The translations under genes and the position numbers were made by a program. DNA of 64,000 bases from an uncultured Clostridia bacterium (GTDB lineage Bacteria > Bacillota > Clostridia > Christensenellales > UBA1242). Below are positions 35,282-44,370 of this stretch, piece by piece; position 1 is the stretch's first letter, and each line of letters begins with the position of its first letter. The notes under the pieces are model-generated. The model was not told where the DNA came from, ran no database searches, and worked only from the letters and a program-made list of their open reading frames with translations. The stretch is from positions 74,975 through 138,974 of the forward strand of contig CAKVHI010000003.1 in assembly GCA_934747965.1 (NCBI GenBank). Reading direction: 5' to 3'.

Positions 35282-36118
35282 TTAAAAGTCTAAAATAATC
35301 TTTCCTAACTTACCCTTTCTATAATCATCCAAAATTGCTTTTGCTCCCCTTTCATAATCAACTTCTTTATTCTTCATTAAAAATCCACGAGAAAAACAAA
35401 TTTCATCATATATTTCAATTATGGACTTATCTTTTACATCAACATTATATCTTTCTTTAAAAACTAAAGGATGTTTTTCTTTTAATTCGAAAATAAATTC
35501 ATAGCACAAATCTGTTAAAATCAAAACCTCATCTTTAATCGAGCCAATATACGCTAAGTGCCTAGCAACAACTTCATCATCAAGATTTGGCCATAATGTT
35601 CCGGGAGTGTCTAGTAGTTCAATATTTCCATCAACCTTTACCCATTTGGTTTGTTTAGTAACACCGGGTTTGTTGCCAACTTCAGCCTTATTTTTGCCAG
35701 CAAAATTATTTATTAATGTGCTTTTTCCTACATTTGGAACACCTATAACAATAAGTCTTAAAGGGATATTTATGCCTTTTGATTTGTTACGCTCAATTTT
35801 TTTTATCATCAAAAATTTTGTTTTGCTTATTATTTCTTTATAAGCATTTGGCTTAGTGCTGTCTAAAACAACAAATTGAGAATTTTCAGTAACAAGGCTT
35901 TTACTAAAAGGCTCCAGATCTGCTTGATTAACAAAATCTGCTTTGTTTAAAACAAAAATTACAGGTTTTGAGCCGATTATTGCCTTAAATTTGGGGTTTA
36001 AGGTCGAAATGGGTGCCCTACTATCTAAAACATACAAAACAACATCACTGAGTTTGATTTTTTCTTTTAATTCATCCATTGTTTTTTTCATGTGTCCCGG
36101 AAACCAATTTATTTTCAT
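35282..36118 (-). CDS. rbgA: Ribosome biogenesis GTPase A (YlqF/RbgA)
   Basis: MKINWFPGHMKKT N-terminus and a circularly permuted G-motif order (NKADF before GVPNVGKST). AAAGGAG SD before 36118. Confidence 0.9.
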   Translation of the reverse strand: MKINWFPGHMKKTMDELKEKIKLSDVVLYVLDSRAPISTLNPKFKAIIGSKPVIFVLNKADFVNQADLEPFSKSLVTENSQFVVLDSTKPNAYKEIISKTKFLMIKKIERNKSKGINIPLRLIVIGVPNVGKSTLINNFAGKNKAEVGNKPGVTKQTKWVKVDGNIELLDTPGTLWPNLDDEVVARHLAYIGSIKDEVLILTDLCYEFIFELKEKHPLVFKERYNVDVKDKSIIEIYDEICFSRGFLMKNKEVDYERGAKAILDDYRKGKLGKIILDF

Positions 36119-36140
36119 AACAACTCCTTTGTTTTTTATT

Positions 36141-36815
36141 TTATTTTTTATCATCTAACAAGTCTGGTCTGTTTTTTTGAGTAATTTCCAAACTTTTTTG
36201 TTTACGCCACTTTTCAATTTCAGCATGATTTCCGCTTAAAAGCACAGGTGGCACTTTAAGACCACAAAAATCACTTGGTCTTGTGTATTGAGGATATTCA
36301 AGAAGATTTTGACTGAAACTTTCCTCCACGCTAGAATGAGAATTGTGAAGCACTTTAGGAAGTAACCTTGTAAGGCTATCAACAAAAACCATACTAGGCA
36401 ATTCCCCACCAGTCAAAACATAATCGCCAATAGATATTTCTTCCATATCAAAATAATCTATAACTCGTTGGTCAACACCTTCATAATGACCACACAAAAT
36501 GATTATATGATCAAATTCAATATAATCTTTTAGCATGCTTTGTTTTAAAGTTTTGCCTTTAGGACTCATATAAATTATTTTTGTATTTTGAGTTTTTAAT
36601 TTGTTTATTGCATCAAAAATCGGCTGACACATCAAAATCATTCCATCTCCACCACCAAAAGGGACATCATCTACTTGCCCATGTTTGTTTGTTGAAAAAT
36701 CTCTGAAGTTAATAAGATTTATTTCAATCAAATCATTGTCTTGAGCACGCTTTAATATCGAAGATTTAAGTGGCGAGAACATTTCAGGAAAAAGAGTTAA
36801 AATATCTATCTTCAT
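36141..36815 (-). CDS. trmD: tRNA (guanine37-N1)-methyltransferase
   Basis: 224 aa. Motifs DILTLFPEMF, GGGDGM, CGHYEGVDQR and SIGDYVLTGGE. Confidence 0.95.
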   Translation of the reverse strand: MKIDILTLFPEMFSPLKSSILKRAQDNDLIEINLINFRDFSTNKHGQVDDVPFGGGDGMILMCQPIFDAINKLKTQNTKIIYMSPKGKTLKQSMLKDYIEFDHIIILCGHYEGVDQRVIDYFDMEEISIGDYVLTGGELPSMVFVDSLTRLLPKVLHNSHSSVEESFSQNLLEYPQYTRPSDFCGLKVPPVLLSGNHAEIEKWRKQKSLEITQKNRPDLLDDKK

Positions 36816-37306
36816 ACAATAACCTCACTTAAAATTTTAGAATTTAATATCATTTTGTTGTTTTCATAATCAACATTTTCTATTAACCCGTCAATCAAAC
36901 AAAACACATATTCTTTTTTACTATCTTTTACAGTATAAATATCTTTAGAGCCGAAATTTTCTATATCACACAAATAGCCTAAAAACAAGTTTTCATCTGT
37001 AAATACTTGCATATTAATTAAATCATCAACCAAATATTCCCCATTTTTTAAAGAAATATTTTTGCGTTTAACAAAAATCTTTTTGTTTTTTAAACTCTGC
37101 GCGATATTTACATCCTCAACTTGCTCTAATTTAACAAACAAAAACCCCGACTTTCCGCTTAAAAACTTAACTTTATATTCCTCTTTTTCAACAAAACAAG
37201 TTTTTAAGTCTATGAAGTCATTTTTTGAAAATGATGAATTAATTTTTAGCGTTCCATCAAGCCCACGAGTTGAAACTATTGTGCCAATTTCTATTATATC
37301 TTTCAT
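36812..37306 (-). CDS. rimM: 16S rRNA processing protein RimM
   Basis: 164 aa. IGTIVSTRGLDGTLKI N-terminus. Overlaps trmD by 4 nt. Confidence 0.88.
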   Translation of the reverse strand: MKDIIEIGTIVSTRGLDGTLKINSSFSKNDFIDLKTCFVEKEEYKVKFLSGKSGFLFVKLEQVEDVNIAQSLKNKKIFVKRKNISLKNGEYLVDDLINMQVFTDENLFLGYLCDIENFGSKDIYTVKDSKKEYVFCLIDGLIENVDYENNKMILNSKILSEVIV

Positions 37307-37361
37307 AAAATTTATTATATCAAATTATCAAGGATATTTCAATTAATTTTATACAACACAT

Positions 37362-37390
37362 AAAAAAACCGCCTAGCAAGCGGTTTTTTT
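37362..37390 (-). terminator. Hairpin terminator/attenuator between the KH-protein gene and rimM
   Basis: ACCGC...GCGGT stem flanked by A7 and T7. Confidence 0.55.
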
Positions 37391-37622
37391 ATTCCATTAT
37401 TTTAACAAAATATTTTACATTGTTATTTTCTTGAGCACTTTTTACAATTGCTCTTATTGAATTTGCAATTTTGCCATTTTTGCCAATAACTTTTCCTAAA
37501 TCTTGCGAATTTACAGTTACTTTTAAAATGACAGTATTTTCATTTTCATTAACGCTTTCAACTTTCACATCTTCTTTATTAATAACAAGTGATTTAACAA
37601 TGTAGGTTACTAGTTCTTCCAT
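37389..37622 (-). CDS. KH domain RNA-binding protein (YlqC-like)
   Basis: 77 aa. VIGKNGKIANSIR (GxxG KH motif). Located between rpsP and rimM. Confidence 0.88.
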   Translation of the reverse strand: MEELVTYIVKSLVINKEDVKVESVNENENTVILKVTVNSQDLGKVIGKNGKIANSIRAIVKSAQENNNVKYFVKIME

Positions 37623-37639
37623 AACTCCTCCTATATTGT

Positions 37640-37888
37640 TTATTTTTCTATAGCGCCACTTTTAACTAAAATTGCTTGAGCTGTCTCAGTAGGTTTTGCA
37701 CCTTTTTTGATCCATTCAGCAGCTTTTTGATTGTCAATTTTAATTTCAACTGGTTCTTTTAGTGGATTATAAGTTCCTAGAATGTCAATAAATCTGCCAT
37801 CGCGTGGATAACGAGAATCTGCAACTACAACTCTGTAGAATGGATTTTTCTTGTCCCCTAGTCTTGTTAATCTAATTTTTACTGCCAT
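37640..37888 (-). CDS. rpsP: 30S ribosomal protein S16
   Basis: 82 aa. [27 protein letters not shown]-terminus. Confidence 0.97.
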   Translation of the reverse strand: MAVKIRLTRLGDKKNPFYRVVVADSRYPRDGRFIDILGTYNPLKEPVEIKIDNQKAAEWIKKGAKPTETAQAILVKSGAIEK

Positions 37889-37947
37889 AAATTTTTCTCC
37901 TTTATAAAATAATATATATTAATTTTTGTTCAAAAAATTAATCAAGT

Positions 37948-39267
37948 TTAGAATGGAAATTTTCCGAAACCTTTTTTGCCATTTAACTGTTTCATCATTT
38001 CCTTAGTTTGTTCAAATTGCTTTAAAAGGGCATTAACTTCTTGAATTGTTGTGCCACTTCCATCGCAAATTCTTTTTCGCCTTGAGCCTTTGATAAGGTC
38101 TGGATTACGCCTTTCTTCTATTGTCATGCTTTGAATGATTGCTTTGTTTTTGCTTAGTGCTTTTTCATCTATGTTATCAATCATTTTTGCCTTGCTTGAA
38201 AGCCCAGGAATCATTGCCATAATATCTTTAATGCTTCCCATTTTCTTTAGATTTTCAAACTGCAACAAATAATCTTCAAAGTCAAATTTATTCTTTCTAA
38301 ATTTCTCTTCAAGTTTTTTGGCTTCTTCTTCAGTAACTGCTTGTTGAGCCTTTTCAATCAAAGTTAAAACATCGCCCATTCCAAGTATTCTTGAAGCCAT
38401 ACGATCGGGATAAAAAGGTTCTATATCCCCTATTTTTTCGCCCACACAACAAAACTTTATTGGTTTGTTAACCACTGCCTTAATAGACAATGCTGCGCCA
38501 CCACGGGTGTCACCATCAAGTTTTGTCAAAACAACGCCAGTGATGTCTAGTTTTTCATCAAAAGTTTTTGCAACATTAACTGCTTCTTGACCTGTCATAC
38601 TGTCAACCGTAAGCAAAATTTCAGTTGGATTAACTTTATCTTTTATTGATTTTAATTCATTCATCAAGGCTTCATCAATCGAAAGTCTTCCAGCCGTGTC
38701 TAAAATTACAGTGTCAAAACCATGTTTCAAAGCATAATCAATCGCTTCAACCGCAGTTTTAACTGGGTCTTGAGCGCCTTTTTCAAAACATTCAACATCA
38801 GCATTTTTGCTTACAACTTTAAGTTGATTAATTGCCGCCGGTCTGTAAATATCAAGACCTACAGTCAAAACTTTTTTGCCTTGCTTTTTTAGCATCAAGG
38901 CAAGTTTGCCAACAGTCGTTGTTTTTCCTGCCCCTTGAAGCCCACAAAGCATAATTATGTTCGGTGGAGTTGAGCTTGAATTAAGTTTGCTGTTCACACT
39001 GCCCATCAACGCTGTTAATTCTTCATTAACAATTTTAATAACTTGCTGAGTTGGCGACAAACTTTTTAAAATTTGTTCGCCAAGCGCTTTAGCTGATATT
39101 TTGTTAATCAAATCTTTAACAACCATAAAGTTTACATCGGCTTCTAAAAGTGCAACCCTAATTTCACGCATTGCATCTTTAATCTCATATTCAGTCAACT
39201 TTCCGCGAGAAGATAGTTTTGAAAATATTCTGCCAATTCTTTCACTTAAACTTGAAAATAATGCCAT
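37948..39267 (-). CDS. ffh: Signal recognition particle protein Ffh
   Basis: 439 aa. GLQGAGKTTT, DTAGR and TKLDGD motifs, with a Met-rich M domain. Confidence 0.97.
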   Translation of the reverse strand: MALFSSLSERIGRIFSKLSSRGKLTEYEIKDAMREIRVALLEADVNFMVVKDLINKISAKALGEQILKSLSPTQQVIKIVNEELTALMGSVNSKLNSSSTPPNIIMLCGLQGAGKTTTVGKLALMLKKQGKKVLTVGLDIYRPAAINQLKVVSKNADVECFEKGAQDPVKTAVEAIDYALKHGFDTVILDTAGRLSIDEALMNELKSIKDKVNPTEILLTVDSMTGQEAVNVAKTFDEKLDITGVVLTKLDGDTRGGAALSIKAVVNKPIKFCCVGEKIGDIEPFYPDRMASRILGMGDVLTLIEKAQQAVTEEEAKKLEEKFRKNKFDFEDYLLQFENLKKMGSIKDIMAMIPGLSSKAKMIDNIDEKALSKNKAIIQSMTIEERRNPDLIKGSRRKRICDGSGTTIQEVNALLKQFEQTKEMMKQLNGKKGFGKFPF

Positions 39268-39582
39268 TTAATCCTCCCACACATTCAAAATATTGTCCAA
39301 AATTTTGGTGTTACCGCTTGTTTTTATTTGATCTATCAAATTTTTTTGTTTTGAATAAATTTTTGTAAGATTAAGTTTTTTGTCATATTCATTCAAATTT
39401 TTTTCAGTCGTCTTTAAAGTGTCAAGCACGGTTTGCTTTGTTATTTTTTCATTTTCAGAAATTTCTGTCAAACCAATGTCTTGATAAAAATAACTTTCAA
39501 AAATGTTTTGTTGTTTTTTTGTAAGCAAATTTTTATAAAAATCATATTTTTGACAAATTTCTAGGCTCTTTTCTAAATTCAT
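39268..39582 (-). CDS. ylxM: YlxM (UPF0122) putative DNA-binding protein
   Basis: 104 aa. Immediately upstream of ffh. HTH-like LTEISENEKITKQTV. Confidence 0.75.
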   Translation of the reverse strand: MNLEKSLEICQKYDFYKNLLTKKQQNIFESYFYQDIGLTEISENEKITKQTVLDTLKTTEKNLNEYDKKLNLTKIYSKQKNLIDQIKTSGNTKILDNILNVWED

Positions 39583-39618
39583 AATAACACAAATAAGGCT
39601 TTTTTACCTTACGATTTT

Positions 39619-39647
39619 ATTATATTAAAAAAAATCGCCAATGTCAA
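39619..39647 (-). promoter_or_regulatory. Consensus sigma-A promoter of ylxM-ffh
   Basis: Minus strand TTGACA (39647-39642), 17 nt, TATAAT (39624-39619). Confidence 0.6.
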
Positions 39648-39655
39648 CGATTTTT

Positions 39656-40909
39656 TTAAATTATTTTGCATTTTTTTAGATAATATTTAGAAAGAGCGTC
39701 ATCTTTATTTATTTTTATGCAGTCAATAAACAAATTGCGAGCAAGTTTATAATTTTTTTCTTCGAAATTTCTTACTGCCGACTCAAAAATATTTTTTGTT
39801 TTAACATACCCTGTTTTATTTGCACCCACATAAGCATCTAGGTTTTCAAACACCGACACACCGTAATCATCTATATTCATCGTGCCAACATATCTGTAAT
39901 TAAGTTCAAAACCTTTTGGAAGATTGTTTAAAACTTCTTTTGTAAACAAAACATTAGACATAAAAATTTTGTTTAGACTTTCAATTTTATATGCAAGATT
40001 TACGCTGTCGCTTATCACCGTTGGAGTTAAACGCTCTTTTTCGCCAACTATGCCAATAACAACTTTTCCACAGTGTAGACCAATTCCGTAATTAAGTTTG
40101 TCTTCACCAAGACTAACAAGGTTGATGTTTTCAAACTTATTAGCAATTTCTGTTGAACAATTTAAAGCGTCAGTTTCACTTAAAAAAACTGCCAGCACTC
40201 CATCCCCCAAAAATTTGTCTATAAAGCCATTATTTTCTCTAACGCACTCGCCCACTATACTTAAATAATTGTTGATAAACTTAAAATTATCATCAAGGCT
40301 TAGGCTTTCACTTGTTTTGTAACTGCGTCTTAAATCTATAAACAAAATAGTAACATCTTTTTGAACATTTTGCCCTAACTGTAAATCAAAAATCTCTTCT
40401 TTTCCAAGATAATCATAAAATTCTCTGGGCACAAACTTATAATATTCTTGCTTTAATCTTAATTTGTATTCTTCATTTGAAATACCCTTATTTTTAATTA
40501 TGTTCAAATTCTGTTCTATCTGGTCAAATTCTTTGCTACCAAAAATTTCGCATGAAAGTTTTTTTGCACCGTCTGCTAATTTTTTTGTATTTTTTTCAAT
40601 GTTTTTAAGTGGATGTAAATTTATTAATAAAGTTAAAAAAACAAGCAAAAAATACACAACAAAAACGCCTATCAAAGCAAAATTTGTATATTTAGTTAAT
40701 CTGTAATTTACTTGAAAAAAATCTATAACATAATATTCAGCCATCATCAAAAATATTGAATACAAACCAATGTAAAAGCACAATTTGTTTTTTAAACTAA
40801 ATTTTGTCAAAACTTTTTTATTGAATGCGTAAAAAAGAGTGATTAACAAAAAAACCACAAAAAGTGCAATTAAAATTGCATATAAAAGAAAAATTAAATC
40901 TTTACTCAC
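39656..40909 (-). CDS. Membrane-anchored class III adenylate/guanylate cyclase domain protein with TPR-like C-terminal tail
   Basis: Four N-terminal hydrophobic segments. Cyclase motifs VTILFIDLRRSY, DKFLGDGVLAVF, GLHCGKVVIGIVG and ISDSVNLAYKIES. GTG start at 40909 without an SD, so the start is uncertain. Confidence 0.7.
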   Translation of the reverse strand: MSKDLIFLLYAILIALFVVFLLITLFYAFNKKVLTKFSLKNKLCFYIGLYSIFLMMAEYYVIDFFQVNYRLTKYTNFALIGVFVVYFLLVFLTLLINLHPLKNIEKNTKKLADGAKKLSCEIFGSKEFDQIEQNLNIIKNKGISNEEYKLRLKQEYYKFVPREFYDYLGKEEIFDLQLGQNVQKDVTILFIDLRRSYKTSESLSLDDNFKFINNYLSIVGECVRENNGFIDKFLGDGVLAVFLSETDALNCSTEIANKFENINLVSLGEDKLNYGIGLHCGKVVIGIVGEKERLTPTVISDSVNLAYKIESLNKIFMSNVLFTKEVLNNLPKGFELNYRYVGTMNIDDYGVSVFENLDAYVGANKTGYVKTKNIFESAVRNFEEKNYKLARNLFIDCIKINKDDALSKYYLKKCKII

Positions 40910-40976
40910 AATTATATTTTTAACTATTTACTTAAAATTATTGCATAAAAAGCAAATTGATGCCAAAAATATTGTT

Positions 40977-41417
40977 ATGGAAAATTCAAAAAACCTTGAT
41001 TTAATTAATACTTCTTATCAAACTTCAAAGCAAATTTTGCAAGTTTTGGATAATTTTTTAACAGAAATTAAAAATGAAAAATTCCAAAAAGTTTGTGCAA
41101 ATTTCGTTTCTGATTATGACCTTGTTATTGATGAATGCAAAATGCTAGTTAAAAGTTATAACAAAGAGCTTGAAGAAATAGGTTTTTTTGATAAATATCA
41201 AAATATAATTTCATTAAAAATTTCAAATTTAACAAAAAAAACTGACTATGAAATTGCAGAAATTTTGTATTTAACAGTTTGCGAATCTAACCCAAGGTTA
41301 TACTCACTCTTAAGTTTTAGCGAATATGATGAAATTAACTTAATCAAAAAAATATTATCTTTAAACGAAGAATTTATTGACTCACTAAATCAATTTTTTG
41401 TTTCTAATAAAGATTAA
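40977..41417 (+). CDS. Hypothetical protein, 146 aa
   Basis: ORF track 40839..41417 overlaps the cyclase gene. The ATG at 40977 (MENSKNLDL...) clears it. Predicted helical, no motif recognised. Confidence 0.45.
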   Translation: MENSKNLDLINTSYQTSKQILQVLDNFLTEIKNEKFQKVCANFVSDYDLVIDECKMLVKSYNKELEEIGFFDKYQNIISLKISNLTKKTDYEIAEILYLTVCESNPRLYSLLSFSEYDEINLIKKILSLNEEFIDSLNQFFVSNKD

Positions 41418-41424
41418 AAACAAC

Positions 41425-41461
41425 AAAAAATGATGATTCTACCGCAAAATCATCATTTTTT
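41425..41461. terminator. Bidirectional terminator
   Basis: ATGATGATT...AATCATCAT 9-bp stem flanked by A5 and T6. Confidence 0.7.
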
Positions 41462-41539
41462 ATGACATAAATTTTTATCAAAATCTTTATAAAACTTAAT
41501 GATAAAAACATTTCAAAAAAAACTAATGTTATGTTTTTT

Positions 41540-42583
41540 CTATTTTAGATATTTTTTGCGAAGCATTCCGCATGCACCTTCAATATCTTCGCCAAGTGTT
41601 CGTCTTAAAGAAGCAGAAACACCAATTTTTGTTAAATAATTGGTAAATTTTCGGGCGTATTCTCTACCAGTTGACTCAAGACCTGAAATCCCATCATTTT
41701 CATTTAAAACAATAATGTTGAAATGATAAGACATTTTATATTTTTTTAGTATGTTTTTTATTCGTTCACAAACACTTAAATCATCGTTGATACCTTTAAT
41801 TAAGGTATATTCAAAAACAATTCGCCTATTAGTTATTTTATAATAATATTCGCAAGCAGTCAAAATTTCCTTAATAGAGTATCTTCTTGAGATTGGCATA
41901 ATTTGCTTACGAGTTTCATCATCGATGGCATGCAAACTTATAGTTAATGTAACTTTAAAGCCATCATCTGCAAGTTTGTAAATATTTTCAACAACGCCAC
42001 AAGTTGAAAGTGAAATATTTCTTTCTGAAATATTCAAACCTTTCTCAAAACTAACAAGTTTTAAAAATTTTGCACAATTATCATAATTTTCAAGTGGTTC
42101 TCCGCTCCCCATTAAAACAATATTGGTTATTTTTCGCTTATCAGATAATTTGCCATTTAAAAATTTATTTGCCTGAATTACTTGTGCCAAAATTTCACCA
42201 CAAGACAAATCTCGCACTTTTCCATTAAGCCCACTTGCACAAAACTTGCAATGCATATTACAACCAATCTGAGTAGAAACACAAAGCGTATAGCCATACT
42301 CATATTTCATCAAAACACTTTCAATAATGTTGTTATCCAAAAGTTTAAAAACAAATTTAATTGTGCCATCTTTTGAAATTTTATAATCTAAAACTGAAAG
42401 TGGTTGACTGTAGTAATGTTGTTGCAAAAAAGTTTTAAGTTCTTGACTTAAAGTTGTTATTTCATTAAAACTTTTTCCAAGATATAACCCATTAAAAATC
42501 TGTCCTGCCCTAAATTTTTGTTCACCCAAAGACAAGATTAATTTTTCAATTTCTTCATAACTAAAATTAAGCAAAGTTTCCAT
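41540..42583 (-). CDS. rlmN: 23S rRNA/tRNA (adenine-C2)-methyltransferase RlmN (radical SAM)
   Basis: 347 aa. GCNMHCKFCASG radical SAM cluster motif and GSGEPL. Confidence 0.93.
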   Translation of the reverse strand: METLLNFSYEEIEKLILSLGEQKFRAGQIFNGLYLGKSFNEITTLSQELKTFLQQHYYSQPLSVLDYKISKDGTIKFVFKLLDNNIIESVLMKYEYGYTLCVSTQIGCNMHCKFCASGLNGKVRDLSCGEILAQVIQANKFLNGKLSDKRKITNIVLMGSGEPLENYDNCAKFLKLVSFEKGLNISERNISLSTCGVVENIYKLADDGFKVTLTISLHAIDDETRKQIMPISRRYSIKEILTACEYYYKITNRRIVFEYTLIKGINDDLSVCERIKNILKKYKMSYHFNIIVLNENDGISGLESTGREYARKFTNYLTKIGVSASLRRTLGEDIEGACGMLRKKYLK

Positions 42584-43511
42584 TCAACACAGTTCCTAAC
42601 AAATTTTTATTTCCGTTCAAAAAATCTTTGCAAAGCAATCGCTTTGACCCCTCAAGTTGAAGTTCAATAAGTTTCAAAAAAGTATTATTTCCACAACATA
42701 CAATAATATTTTGCTTATCAACAAAAACAATTTCTCCAACCTTAAAACTTAAATCACTTTCAAAATTGCAAACTTCGGACTTAAAAATCTTTAAAACTTT
42801 GCCATTTAGTTTGCAATATGCATTTGGCCACATATAATAAGCCCTTATCATATTAAAAATTTCACTGCTTGTTTTGCTAAAATCAATTAGCCCATCTTCT
42901 TTTTTAATCATCGAAAAATAAGGAAATTCATCTTTTTGTTTAACAAACTTAACATTCCCTTGTTCAAAACTTTCTAACACATCCAAAACAAGTTTCGAGC
43001 CAATCAATGCAAGTTTGTTTAGAAGCGTGAAAGTGTTATCTTCCTTATCAATCTTAACAGATTCTTGCACAATGATATCCCCCGTATCAATACCAACATC
43101 TGTTCTCATAATTGTAACGCCCGTAGATTCTTCCCCACACAAAAGCGCTGCTTGAACAGGACAAGCACCTCTATATTTTGGAAGCAATGAAAAGTGAATA
43201 TTGATTGTTCCATATTTTGAAGCATTTATAATTTCTTCACTCAAAATTTGACCATAAGCACAGGTAACAAAAATGTCTGCATTCAAATTTTTTAAAATTT
43301 CATATCCTTCTTTTTTTATTTTATGAAACTGAAAAACTTTGATATTATTTTTTTTAGCAAAAGCCTTGACCTCTGGCTCTGTTAAAATTTGTTTTCTTCC
43401 AACTTTTTTATCTTCTCCTGTTACAACAGCCACAACTTGATGTTTTGAATTAATTAAACTTTCAAGCACTGTGCAAGCAAAATCAGGTGTCCCAAAAAAA
43501 ACTATTTTCAT
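42567..43511 (-). CDS. fmt: Methionyl-tRNA formyltransferase
   Basis: 314 aa. MKIVFFGTPDFA N-terminus and HFSLLPKYRGACPVQ. Confidence 0.95.
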   Translation of the reverse strand: MKIVFFGTPDFACTVLESLINSKHQVVAVVTGEDKKVGRKQILTEPEVKAFAKKNNIKVFQFHKIKKEGYEILKNLNADIFVTCAYGQILSEEIINASKYGTINIHFSLLPKYRGACPVQAALLCGEESTGVTIMRTDVGIDTGDIIVQESVKIDKEDNTFTLLNKLALIGSKLVLDVLESFEQGNVKFVKQKDEFPYFSMIKKEDGLIDFSKTSSEIFNMIRAYYMWPNAYCKLNGKVLKIFKSEVCNFESDLSFKVGEIVFVDKQNIIVCCGNNTFLKLIELQLEGSKRLLCKDFLNGNKNLLGTVLNGNFA

Positions 43512-43571
43512 AAATCTCCTTGTAATAAATTTCTAATAAATTAAATCACTCTATAAACGATAAAAGTTGAA

Positions 43572-44024
43572 TTAATTTTCAACTTTTTTTATCATTTTAT
43601 CAATAAAAAGAATTCCGTCCAAATGGTCAACCTCATGACAAACAACAACTGCAAGTAAACCTTCAAGGGTTAAAACCATGTTGTCGCCGTAACGATTTTG
43701 AGCATTAAGCGTAATCTTTTGAGGTCTAATAACTTCACCTGTTATGTTCTTAACACTTAAACAACCCTCAACACCACATTGAGAGCCTTCTTTAGACAAA
43801 ATAATTGGATTTACAAGTTCAAAATATTGCCCGCACGCTTCAATAACGATAACGCGTTTCAAAACCCCAACTTGAACAGCGGCAAGCCCAACGCCGTCAT
43901 TATGACGCATAGTTTCTTTCATATCTTCAAGCAAAACATCCAAATTTTCATCAAATTCGGTTACAACTTTACTTTTTTTTCTAATTAACAAATCATCACT
44001 ATAAATTATATTCCTTAATGCCAT
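43572..44024 (-). CDS. def: Peptide deformylase
   Basis: 150 aa. GVGLAAVQVG, EGCLS and HEVDHLDG motifs. Confidence 0.96.
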   Translation of the reverse strand: MALRNIIYSDDLLIRKKSKVVTEFDENLDVLLEDMKETMRHNDGVGLAAVQVGVLKRVIVIEACGQYFELVNPIILSKEGSQCGVEGCLSVKNITGEVIRPQKITLNAQNRYGDNMVLTLEGLLAVVVCHEVDHLDGILFIDKMIKKVEN

Positions 44025-44074
44025 AATTAACCTCTTTAAAACATTAAAAGCCTTTTTAACTTTTGTTAAACAAT

Positions 44075-44150
44075 TGGTGACCCCACCGGGACTCGAACCC
44101 AGAACAAAGCCTTAGGAGGGCTCCGTAATATCCAGTTTTACTATGAGGTC
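44075..44150 (-). tRNA. tRNA-Arg (anticodon CCU), CCA encoded
   Basis: Folded by hand. Acceptor GACCTCA/TGGGGTC, D stem GTAA/TTAC, anticodon stem GAGCC/GGCTT with loop CT-CCT-AA, T arm CTGGG-TTCGAGT-CCCGG, discriminator A, then CCA. Confidence 0.9.
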
Positions 44151-44161
44151 AAAACAATTTT

Positions 44162-44190
44162 ATTATAACACCATAAATATTTTAAGTCAA
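44162..44190 (-). promoter_or_regulatory. Sigma-A promoter of the tRNA-Arg gene
   Basis: Minus strand TTGACT (44190-44185), 17 nt ending TGt, TATAAT (44167-44162), 11 nt before the tRNA 5' end. Confidence 0.6.
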
Positions 44191-44265
44191 CAAAATTATA
44201 GAAAAAGCAGCCAAACAAACTGCTAAGTTTCATAAAGGAATTATAATAATTTACATCGATATTTA

Positions 44266-44286
44266 AGAAACCTTTAAGGTTTCTTT
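44266..44286. promoter_or_regulatory. Perfect 10-bp-arm palindrome AAGAAACCTT-T-AAGGTTTCTT
   Basis: Seen directly. Intergenic, with no adjacent U-run. Confidence 0.4.
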
Positions 44287-44335
44287 AGCATATAAACTTG
44301 ATAAATTTAATCTTTAGATAAATTCGTAAAATTTT

Positions 44336-44364
44336 TTGACAAAAATTAATAAAAATGTTATAAT
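44336..44364 (+). promoter_or_regulatory. Consensus sigma-A promoter 6 nt from the ATG at 44371 (leaderless arrangement)
   Basis: TTGACA (44336-44341), 17 nt ending TGt, TATAAT (44359-44364), TAAATT, then ATG. No SD. Confidence 0.6.
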
Positions 44365-44370
44365 TAAATT

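Noticed and set aside
39656-41417. Pycsar/CBASS-type defence system built on the nucleotidyl cyclase
   Set aside because: There is no downstream effector (TM, TIR or nuclease) in an operon. The next gene on the strand is ylxM-ffh. The divergent 146-aa gene is soluble with no effector motif. The cyclase has its own membrane anchor, typical of signalling cyclases.
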